DNA of 64,000 nt from the NCBI GenBank assembly GCA_904063045.1, contig CAJFCJ010000005.1, positions 1,999,988-2,063,987 of the forward strand, read 5' to 3'. A model generated the notes under the pieces. That model saw only the letters and a program-made list of their open reading frames with translations. It had not been told where the DNA came from and made no database searches. Within the stretch, counting starts at the first letter, position 1, and every line of letters starts with the position of its first letter. The stretch is from Dimorphilus gyrociliatus (taxonomy: Eukaryota > Animalia > Annelida). Shown here piece after piece: positions 49,701-60,791 of this stretch. The position numbers and the translations under genes are program-made.

Positions 49701-52212
49701 GGCCAACCGACGCTAGTTTAATTATCAGAATTGAGCTAATAGCCTTCTCCTCCCTTCCCTCCCCCCCCCTAACTAAAATTCTATAGTTAAAAAATCCCAG
49801 GGATGCAAAAGATAGGTTATAAAGAACGAGGATAACGAACTGTTTTCCCTTTTTAAATCATTTTTACCCATAATGCCGTTCGGTTACAAGTAGTAAATAA
49901 ATAAATAAATATTGGTTAGGTTATTCAGTAAAGAATAAGTTATTTCTATATTGTGGGCGGGAATGGGTGGTGTCGAGTGTAAATTCCTTACAGTTACTTT
50001 ATCATTATTAGTTACAAGTAAGATTGAAAATTAGATAAAAATTTTGAAGAGCGCGGATATTTTCAGCCATAAAAGAACTTATAATTTACACGTTGAGACA
50101 AATTTTTTTTATTGACACGGGTTGTAAAACACCGATATAAAAGTTTTTCAACCAACCACGTACGACAAACAGCCGCTTAAGGCTACTCGTATTATCGCCA
50201 TTGACCGTTGTCCACTCATGTGCTGTCGTCCGTAAATGTTTTAGGAATGAAAGAAAAAAAAGGTGATATAAGCCTAACAAATGGGGGAGGAAACGGGGTC
50301 AAAGTAATTAATCACTTTTATAGGTAACTTTTAAAGGGCTTTAACTTGTCGGTTTAAGGGTGTGAGAGAGCGAAGAGGAGAGAGGGAGAGAGGTATTGGA
50401 ATGAAAGAAAATAGAGGTTATGTGAAGGCAGGCGGTCTTTCCCTGTTAAAAGAGCTGTAATAAGTTTCGATCGTAAGAAGAGAAAAAAACATAAGGCTAA
50501 AGGAAAAAATAATGCTTTCGCACTAATTGATAATTAAGAGAAAGCGGGAGGAAGCTTCTCGAATTTTTTTCACCTTAATCCTCTTAAGCAGGACGACGTT
50601 CTGTCAGGGTTAATTAGACGTTGTTTGAGAGTTTTGGTCAGCGAGCGTTTAAAACACTCATTTCCCATCAACGATTAATCGATACTTAGTTAAATTCGAG
50701 CAATCGTCTTACTAATGGAAAGGTGAATGAGAGGAGAGGAGGGGAGAGAGAGAGGGAGAGGGAAGGAGAGAGAGGGCAGAAAGGTGAGAAAAAGAACGAC
50801 AGAAGAATGAGTGAACGAAACGGCTACCTGTATAAATTACCTGCGTTGCCAGGGCAACCGTGCCGATTGATGCAGCACCTCGAACATCTGTATATCGCGC
50901 CTTTTGCTTTGTTTGTTTGTTGAATGAGCCGCCATCGTCCTTTCCCTCTTGAAAACACAAAATGAGGTACATAAGGTTATTTTTAAATACCAGCGTAAGA
51001 CATCAATCGGGCGTCTCCCTTTTAAAAAATAATGTAATTTATCCGGTCAAATTTAGTATGCAGCGTCCTCATTAAATGAGTACGAGTTTGACCCTTATAA
51101 ACATCGTACAGAAACGTATGTCTCTTCCAGCTCGACGGATATCCGTGAATGGTATAATTAAAACGTTAGTAACACTATTCTGGCGTTGAATAGGGTGTGA
51201 TGAACATTGTTATTTTTACTCGTACTCTTCTATTCAATAATGTTTTAGAGCTAAAAGACATTATTAAGACAACTAAGAGCATAATCCCATCCCGTTCGAC
51301 AGTTCATCTACTGCCTACGCCTCAGTGCATATTAGCTAATCATGCTATCTATTATATAATCGACGCGTCCTTTAAATATCTATCTTTAGGTTACGCACCG
51401 ACCAGACGTCGCGATCGTGCGTTTCCGAAGGCGTCTCGTGAAAACAATTACGTAATTATTAGAAACCCTATTACATGTCCCATCGTATGTAGATAGCAAA
51501 AATAGTATTGGACTACCATTAGTGTTCTATACAAAGTAAAGAAAAATAGTCGGAGAATTGTACTAAGAAGAAAGTCACATATAGAATTAGGATCTTATTT
51601 CAGTTGGCTTACAGATATTCCTTTAAACCGCTTCTCACTGATCCATGCTTGCATTTCACACCGAACTTTTGTTTTTTATTTAAACAGCCGAACTATCCTG
51701 GAGACGACATCTCGTTCAACTCGATATCTAACGCGTCAGACAGCGGAAGAGGCTCAAACGATGATCCAGATGCCGTTCAAAACTCACCTGTAAAACTATC
51801 ATCGGTTAAGGAACAATCGGCAATTGACAATCCTGGCTATACAATTTTCCCTGAGAAATTAGTTAGAGGTCGGCTGTATTCAAATTCACCAATTCTAAAT
51901 GCCTCGGGGGATTCGTCAATGAGGAAATATAACGTTAGAATTCCAATCGCACCACCCGTTTCTAATTCACCGATTTTAACCGAGTCAGAAGAATCATCAA
52001 TTAGGAAGTTTAACATCAGAGTTCCTGTTTATCGGACCGATTCAAATGACGAGAGAAGCCACTCGCCATCGTCTGTTCGAGCTCACCGAACCGAATCAAA
52101 TTCATCTAAGCATTCAGTTCATCCTCATCCTCATGCATTGGCTATACATTACACACCGGCCATTACAAACGAAAAGTTTACCGAAGACCCTATAGTTCAA
52201 AGCATCGTTTAA
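46714..52212 (+). CDS. Protocadherin 1 of a tandem pair: 7 cadherin repeats, TM, cytoplasmic tail with DSGRGS motif and C-terminal QSIV
   Basis: Large exon from ATG 46714 (MRILIVYFVLTLIVSA) to 49233 (GCG|GTAAGT, phase 0) with DENDEAPEF, DFNDNAPVF, DVDDNKP, DKNDHEPKF, DKDDND, DENDNNP linkers and TM LVIVIIVAVISALLAFALTIAIIFL; terminal exon 51688-52212 (CAG acceptor, phase 0; SNASDSGRGSNDD resembles protocadherin CM1). Extra small exons are not excluded. Confidence 0.92.
50845..50858. promoter_or_regulatory. RFX X-box GTTGCCAGGGCAAC in the protocadherin 1 intron
   Basis: 13/14 match to the palindromic X-box GTTGCCATGGCAAC. Confidence 0.5.
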
Positions 52213-53504
52213 AAAGCTTCAATCGACAGTATTCAAAAAACAAACAACTCAATTTTCACTGTTTTTCGCAAGTTTCTGTGTATTCTGTGTTTTTTCTCCT
52301 CCTTCTCCTCCTCCCCTAATTGTACAGTTGTTAAAAATGACAGTTCTTTTTTTTTTACCCAGTTTTTTTTACGTTTACCCTGATTATGTATTACAAGATA
52401 CTTTATACCGTTTTTTTTATATATAGTTATTTATTTTATTCTTTAGTCATAATGCGATACGGGTATATAAAGGAACGTCTTTATAAGAGAAGCTACTCTC
52501 GATCTATGTAGAGGCAAGCAGGCGTTTGACAGACCGCTGAATGCGGCGACCCGCTCCCATTGTAAAGAAACATTCTTCAACCGCCAATTTCGCCTTCGAA
52601 ACTCTTTTAATCGGCATCCAGGCGCCACGCTGAGTGCGGCTTGTTCGACGAGAAAACACTCGGTGCTAAAGAGGTTTAGGTAAAAAGTTAGCGATTGAAT
52701 ATTTCTCTAGAGAGAAAGGAGACTTAAAGAGGTGAATCCTCTTCGTTTAAGAGATGATTAAAAGAAGAGAATAATTAGATAATAATGCTGGAATAAAATA
52801 ATCGTGTTATAAACTATAAAATTCCTCTTGTTCATGGAACAGCTGCCAAGCTCTATTGTTCTTCGCCTGATTAGCGCACGGTACTTAGAAAAGCGAGGGG
52901 TGGTAAATTGCTATAAAGGGGGGGACGGGAAGTGGGAGGGAGAGACGTTGTACGCGACGCCATTAGCGATAGACGCCTTGTCAGATTTCAAGAAAGATAC
53001 GGGCGAGAACTTTCGTGTCATTGTCACTCATGTCAAGTTTTCTTAAAAAATAAGTAAACTATATGTTTTTCCCTTTTCATAAAGTCAGTAATAACTAAAA
53101 AGAAGAAAGAAAGGGAAGAAATGACAGATCAAAGCCCATAAATAATTATCTTATAAAAATCTTTATAAAATATGTAATGTTGTGTAAGGTTTGAATAGTA
53201 TTCCGGACTGATATGTCGCGTACGGGTAAATTGATATGGTATATTGGTACGTTATTGCTTAGATGAACTTTTTCTACAGTTGTAAAAAAACTTTAATAGC
53301 TCCAAATATTGATTAGAGTTTGTGTTTTTACTGTTTTTAATAGCTTTATAACATCAGCCATACGGTTTGTAATTAGGTTAGAGGACTTATGCGTGTGTAA
53401 TATAAGTACGAAATAGATGCGTGAGGTCAGGAGACGACGACGATTTCAGGCACGCGATACTACAGAAAGGAAATATTAATATAAATCTATATAATACCCA
53501 TATA

Positions 53505-54971
53505 AAATCTTTTAATATTTCTTCTTTCCATTCTTATAGTTTAGAAATGAGATTTTCCCAATTGTAAAAGAGAACTTTGGCAACACATTAAAAAAAGAGA
53601 ATCTTTTTAAAGGGTGCAAATGCGGAACGCGTGGCTTTCAAATCTGTCTCCCCCTCTCACTGTCTCTCTATCTATCTATCTCCTTGTCACACTCGCTTTC
53701 CGTGCGCTTCCTACGATACACCTTTACAATTTTTGATTTTTTTCTCCAATAGATGTCCTCATGTCGCTTGCTTTCTTGAGTAGATGGCGCTTGACAAAAG
53801 TAAATAGAGATCCTTTTCACCCTCAATGTTTTTAAAAGCTCTTTAATAGCTTGAACACTATTGTATAGATAAAAGATAAGTAGTGCATTAGTAAGACTAA
53901 TTTGTGATTTCTGGTGTTTCACGTGAATCATACAAGTTATTTGCTATCTTTTTTTTCCTCCATAACGAAAGAATTCATCTATTATACATTAAAATTTATG
54001 ACAAAATTCCATATTAAAATTGCAAAAAAGCTCGGTAATTTCCTCCCCAGTGAGTAGGTGGGAGTAGGAAGGAAAAAGTAGAATTAAAAACACACGATTC
54101 CCCCCTTCTTCATACTTGCTCTTCTCCTCGAGATGAGTAATAGACTAGCTTGGAAAAAAAGAAAGCTGGTAACGTGTAAGATGATTCCTTGACACGACGT
54201 CATACGAAAGATTTCGCATAACGATATCTCAAGAGACAGAACTCTGCAGATTTGCCTAATAGGATAATTATCTATAGTGAAAGGAATGCCTGAAGTAAAG
54301 CGATTGTACAGAATATAATCGTGGAGGAAACCTTGAGAAAGTTGCACGCAACATTATACCATCCAGTTGAATAATTAGTGTTTCTCTTTGATTTACATAT
54401 ATTGCTAATAGTAATTAATCATTTTTAACAAGATTCTAATCAAATAAGTCATTTGTAAAAAAATCCCTCTTTTCCATATAAGTAATCTTTCTCTCTGATA
54501 ATTTGCATCTTTCCGCTTCTCTGCCTCTCTCTCTCTCTCTCTCTGTGTATTCAGAGATTTTTGATAAAAGTTGGAATATACTTTTATATTCTACAATTAT
54601 AAAAATTCCATCAATAAAAACAGATTCTTTTTTAATAAGTCCATTGTGGTAACCTTTTTTCTGCTATTTTATTGCGAATTATTGTACTTTTTTACTCATT
54701 TTATAAACTAATTTACCCCATTATTTATATTTTATTAATGATTAACCTTTAACAATAGCGATTATTCATTGTACTATTAAATTAGATGTGACACTGAGAA
54801 GAAAAGATGAGATATATAACTGGTATATATAAATGCCTGGAGGTAGAAGAAGAAAAAGAAGAAAAATAGATTCTTTTTTTAAATCTTTCTTTTTATTTTC
54901 CATTCTTATAAAAGTAATAATAAAAGATATTTTCCAATTGTCAAATAAGAACTTTGCCAACACATTAAAAA
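53505..54971 (+). repeat. Diverged direct duplication of ~91 nt (53505-53595 and 54881-54971), each copy followed by a CTCF-type motif
   Basis: Shared aaatcttt..ttccattcttata..gat(a)ttttcc(c)aattgt..agaactttg(g/c)caacacattaaaaa; repeat offset 1376 nt vs motif offset 1387 nt. Confidence 0.65.
53777..53791 (+). promoter_or_regulatory. CTCF-type motif TGAGTAGATGGCGCT
   Basis: Core match between the two protocadherins. Confidence 0.5.
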
Positions 54972-55163
54972 TAGATTTTCTTTTACTTTATATATATATT
55001 ATATATATTAATATACGATCGTTAAGTGAATTTGTGCATTCATTCATCCATCTATTCTTTCTTTCTATCCATTTAAAACTTATTACCCGTATTTTTTTTT
55101 GAAAGACTAAATAAGTATGAAAATGATAGGTAAAAGTAAACAAATAAATAGATTTTTGTATTA

Positions 55164-55178
55164 ACGATAGATGGCGCT
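55164..55178 (+). promoter_or_regulatory. CTCF-type motif ACGATAGATGGCGCT
   Basis: Core match between the two protocadherins. Confidence 0.5.
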
Positions 55179-55696
55179 TTTTATTGTAGAAATCTTGTTT
55201 TAGTAAGTTATTGAGTTGTCTCATCCTTTAGTTTTTCACCTTCCCGTGTGAAAACTATTTATAAGGTTATTTTATATCTTATCGCTATAACTTTTTCCTA
55301 CGAGTTAATCGTTTCAATAGTTTAACACTAGGGTGGGAAAATCGAAAGGTCTACTTTTAATAGGCCTCTTGTATATGAAAATTTTTTTTCCCACCGCCTA
55401 CTGGGGCTGCTTTGTTTAATCTCCCAAAAATAAAGTTAATTTATCCATTATTGAATTTATAAAGCGGTTTTTTTTAACAGCCATTAATAGCCTAATACGG
55501 CGGGTGATGTATAAATGCCGCAAGGGTAATTGACGTTCAGTTAATCTTGCAATTGAGTGGTCCCTGTGTAAATATTGTAATTACGGTAAATAAAGGAGAC
55601 AATAGCCGGGGGGCTGAAAAGGAGAAAGAGAGACAGAAAAGTGAATATAATGAAAAATAAACTAGGTGTCTCCACCCCTGTTCAGTTTCTTTGTGA

Positions 55697-55711
55697 GACG
55701 CCATCTGTTGG
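55697..55711 (-). promoter_or_regulatory. CTCF-type motif CCAACAGATGGCGTC (minus)
   Basis: Strong match, opposite orientation to 55164 and 58235. Confidence 0.6.
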
Positions 55712-57384
55712 TTTGAACACTGATGGAACGCTTCTCGTGTAAACGCCGCTGCGGGCAAATTAACCGTAGCGGAAAATTCATCAATGAAGTATTCATGTTA
55801 CGAAGATTTCAATACAGCTGGCACTAATTTATTTACCGTATATCACAAATACCTTTGTAAAACTTAATCGGTCCCTAGACGCCCTTCAACGTACGCTTAT
55901 GTTTGAATTGCAAAATAAAAGACGCTCGATAAACTAAACTAACTTTACGTTATTACTTATAATGTACTCACGCCGGTAGACTAACAACTTCTCATTAGGC
56001 AAAGTCATTAGACGCTTAGCTAGAGACAAAAGAGGCAGCAAAATATAGTTCATATATTAGGTGTCGACTACAACGATTTTTATAATAAAAAAAAAAAGAG
56101 GGAAGACGACTAGAAAACGAGCGGTGGAATGAAGAAAAGAAAAGAAAGTGGGAAAAAGGGTCTATTGGGAAGGATAAGAAAATCTAATAAATACGGTATT
56201 AAAATTTTGAGGGTTACAGTGAAATAGAGTTGACGTAAGGTTCAAAGGATTTCGGACGATGGTCGGCATACAATTTAGGGCTTAAAAATTTTTAAATAGA
56301 CTCAACCATTTAGTCAATCTATATAAGTTTATATAAAGTAGAAGCTACAGAAACGAATAAACGAGTTTATTAAAGTCATTAGATGGAAATATATTTTTTA
56401 TTGGGTTTTTATTGTGGTATGAAAATGAGAAGAGACCTAGTTTATAAAAAAAAGTTAAACCGTGCCACGAATTACTAAACGCTCGTCCGTCACGCGTCTA
56501 TATCGATGAGCAGAGGGGAAAATAGGAAATAATTCGAGTAGTCACTCTACCGTGAAATGTGCCTGTTACGCAACAAGCGGATTTTCGTTAATGAATACAT
56601 TTAGCGGATTATCGACAAAGATATATGATAATAATAATATATAGTTCCGTATATATCTGTATTTATAGAATCTCTTCAGATATGTAAAGACGAATATATA
56701 TATGTTTTAGTATTTAACTTTAAATACATATATAAAACTACTGTGTATAATACAAACTGTATCTCTTACAAGTAAAAAGTATACACTATCTACAGCCTAT
56801 TCGGAAGTACTCAGTTAGAAATTCTCTTTTTTAAGGAATAATAGGCAAAAACAAATCAAATATATCAAGCAAATAGTCGTCTATATTAGCCGAATTAATA
56901 CCTTAGATAGATATCGACGTTTTTACAGCCCCAGCAAACAGTCGTTAAAGGCGAAGGAATTCCTTGAGCTGTATGAAAATTAAATAGCAGTGGGCGTTCA
57001 TAAAACGCAAATCACCCCGACTTAATTAGTTTAAAATAACCCTGCTCGGCGATTACTCGAATACTAATACGTTTGGATAAAGTTTGTGAGAATGATTAAA
57101 GGCTATAATTAGTTATATATACCCCTCCTTTTACTATTTACGAGGAATGCCAAATACCGGCAAACGCAATCCGTCAATAATACTTGTATAAACATATCGG
57201 GAATTGAGATGGAGTTTGTTAGGAGGAGCGGCACGTTTAAAGCAGTCTGTAATCAACTCCGATATTGATCGTTCTCGTTCCTACAAGTAAATCACTTTTC
57301 CTTTCTCTTATCCCTATCAAGATGAGAAAAATCGTGAATAGAAGAAAGAAATAGAGCGAGAGATCGAGAGAAAGAAAGAATAAA

Positions 57385-57416
<32 letters not shown>

Positions 57417-58234
57417 CAAAAAAAAGGGAAAAGAAGAAAGGAGAGAGGATAGTGTATTCTGAGACAAAAAAAAGAGCAAAAGAGTTTTTTGGAAGAGAGA
57501 GAGAGAAATGAAAATGGGAAAAAGTATAAAAAAAAAACAAATAAAAATTCGCCGACCTATTGTTTTGGATTTGATAGAAAGTGGCATGTGCGGGGAGCGT
57601 GTTGTTGAATAGAACTAGTTGCTATCAAAAGAATGGTTTGTCACGCTCCATTGCGCCATTATTCGACGCCAATGTATTTCAACATCTTTTATTCATTTTA
57701 GCTCGAGGCGCGTGACTTTTTCGCTTAACGCACCTGTACAAGAGGTCGCCTCTTGATTACCCTATGATACTATGATAGGATAAGGATGTTAGTCACTGAT
57801 ATTCTTGTTTGTTTGGGAACTTGAATGAGTTCAACCAATCTCAAATGAAATGAACCGTACACGAACAAATAAGATTCCATTAGAGGCCCGTCCACCGAAT
57901 GGCAGTTTAGACAACAATAACAATCATTCACAGTCTATATCCTCTTAGTTAAGTATCACCTGAAATTCATCATTTTCACAGTCAACTTTATGGACCCACA
58001 ACTGAGATTGATTGTAATCGCATTTGATTATCGCTCAATCGCATTGGACAAATCTTACAATTTACTACGGAGATAACGCCGATTAGACGTTTTAAATATC
58101 ATTCTCGACACATTACCCATCTAACTGCGCTATGGAACGCTTCGCTTAACAGATGGACAATCTTGAGTCTTCGTAAATTTTTCAAATCATCACCTCCGCA
58201 TTGTTTCATTTTCAAACGCTTGACCAATCAGCAA

Positions 58235-58249
58235 TGTGTAGGTGGCGCT
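58235..58249 (+). promoter_or_regulatory. CTCF-type motif TGTGTAGGTGGCGCT
   Basis: TAGGTGGCGC variant of the core, ~2.5 kb upstream of the protocadherin 2 ATG. Confidence 0.45.
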
Positions 58250-59393
58250 ACAATCGCCGTCAAAGTTGGATTCAAAACTCTATCTTCCGCTGGAGCGGAC
58301 AACTGTGTAACAGAGAATACTGTCGCTCTAAATAATCGTTTCATTTATGACTGATTTTGTTACAAACGGATTAATTAAATAAAAGAAAGTAATTTGTCAG
58401 AGGTGAGCTAAGCCTTCTTCTTTTATACTAGTAAAAAATAGAGAAAAAGGACCTTTGAGAGTATGTAACGTGCTCTTGTTAGAACGAGTTCCTTCGAATG
58501 CCCACCGAACCATTAGGCTCTACTCTAGGGATTCGCTTAGACGTTTCTCTATCGTTCTACAGTTAAACGATGCGTTCGACCATTGATAAACTTATTCTTA
58601 TGTCGACCAGTGGCTAACTTAAAGATAAAAATCTGTGCGCTAGCGTCAGATTTCATGTACAGGCCTAAAAAGCGTTTGCTTTACATGCTCTCCAACAAAG
58701 AGAGCATCCCTAGAAAAAAAAAGTATCGCTTTCAATCACTTAAGAAAGTGTTTGGTAAAAGGCGCAAAAATAAACGTCCCTCCCGCGGAGACGCAAATGA
58801 TAAAAGGCTGCCGAATATCTTGCATTATAGCACTCTTCAACGAAAGAAGCAGCAGCTTTAGCGCATCTGTTCAGCACTTCTTGTACACACCTTTTTGTAC
58901 CACATATATATAGTCAAACACTATAAACGCTCTAGTCAGTGTACAGATTTGCACAAGATAAGTAAGAGAATAAAAGAGAAAAAAGAATCTGAGCGATTTT
59001 TATTGTCCCGAATCCTCTTCAGCTCACTCTCTCTTTTTCTCATGGGTTCCGGGAAAAAAAAAGAACGTCCGTGAGCGTCACATGTTTTTAGGCAGAACGC
59101 TCAAAGAATAGTTTGCATGTATTTGTGATGGATGACTGTAAAAACAGCTAGACGTCTCTTTTTATAGATCTCTCGTAATAACTTAATAAGCTTATATAGC
59201 TTTTTATTTTTGCACAAGGCGGGTTTATAGAAAGTGAAGCGAATGCATCATGCACGAATTGAACAATAAGATGATGAATGTTGTAGTAAGATGACTATAT
59301 CGATATTCACCTACGATTCTACGGTTCAATTGTTGTGCGATCTTAGAGCTTGTGCATTTTTTAGAGCACTCCTTCTAAAGTGGGGGCACGTGT

Positions 59394-59411
59394 TGACGTC
59401 TAGTGACGTCA
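59394..59411. promoter_or_regulatory. Tandem CRE (ATF/CREB) sites TGACGTC-TAG-TGACGTCA
   Basis: One full palindromic CRE at 59404-59411 and a 7/8 copy 10 nt upstream. Confidence 0.35.
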
Positions 59412-60791
59412 GAATTATCGGGCTTGTGTGAAAATTGAACCACCAGCAGCTGGCAAAAACTATGTCCTTCATTATTTACTCTCTTTTTCTAATTCTTTAT
59501 GTACTTCACCATTGTTCAATTTATTGGCTTACGTAATTAGAGATGTTATCGGACACAAGAGCAATAAAGATAAAGAAGAGACGCGGGTGAGATGCTTCAT
59601 TAAACCTATTGTGGTTGTATGGAGATACGGGATATTTATGTACGTCGTGTTCATCGATCTCCGCAGGCGTTTACATTTAAATTAACCTATTGTTAAGATG
59701 TCTACAACCTCATAACTTTTATTGTATACATATCCAACTAATTTGTGTCTTGTATTTGTGTCTAGTTTATCGACTTGTGTCTAGTTATTCTCCCCTTCCC
59801 ACCCACCCCCCTTCCCTATATCCCCCACTCTTACGCATTCTAACCCCTTGCTTAACCCCAAAAAGGAAAAAATTTACCTACCGTAAATGGAGACGAGACA
59901 AAAACTGAGGATAATTGATTTTATGCGTTTAAACTGAAACAATAGACATTCCTCAAGATCAATAAAATACATAAAAGTTTGCATAAGATACCGTTTGATC
60001 AACCAGTTGATGTTGTAAATATAATAGTACTTAAGTCGATAAAAACGCCTTCTACCTGGAGGGCTCCCGTACAGTTTTCTTTACATATCCCCGCCAGAAT
60101 AAACTGCTGGAAAATCATTCTTGCGATTAATTAATTAATTGCCCATATTGGTTGTCGATAAACAGAAACTTTTTATTCTCTTCCATATCGTTTGTCAATT
60201 GACAGAGAGAGTGTCGATTTGTAGAGTGAATATTAGAGGAATGAGGAACGTCAAATATATGATGAATAAAACGAAGAGAGATAGTTAGTTAGCGAGTGAG
60301 AGAGAGAGAGAGAGAGAGAACGACAGCGACAGACATAGACAAAGGACTAATAGACACGAGATAAATGGGATAAATTACTCTTGAGGGGTAAGGTGTGTTT
60401 TATGTGAAGTGATAATTTTGGCAAAGTACATTGAAACTGTATATAAAACCATATAAAAGACACCAATTAAATATATTTCTGCTTCAATTATACTTACACT
60501 CAATATGACACTCCCTGTTTATTTCAACCTTCTTAATTTAGAAATTCATCTACTGCGAACGAAAAATTCATTGAATTAATTAATTGGTGTATTGAAACAA
60601 ATAAAAGTGTTATCAATATAAAGTTAAGCACGTTCTTCATACAATTGCACCTTTCAATTCGTCGCAGTAAGATTGTTCAAACATTCCGTAAGCGAAGGTC
60701 TTTCGCTAAAAGCTTGTAATGTTGTCGTTTTTAGTAATCTTTGTTTCCGCAGGGCGGAAGGCGAAAGAACAACATTTTTTTGAAGGAAAAT

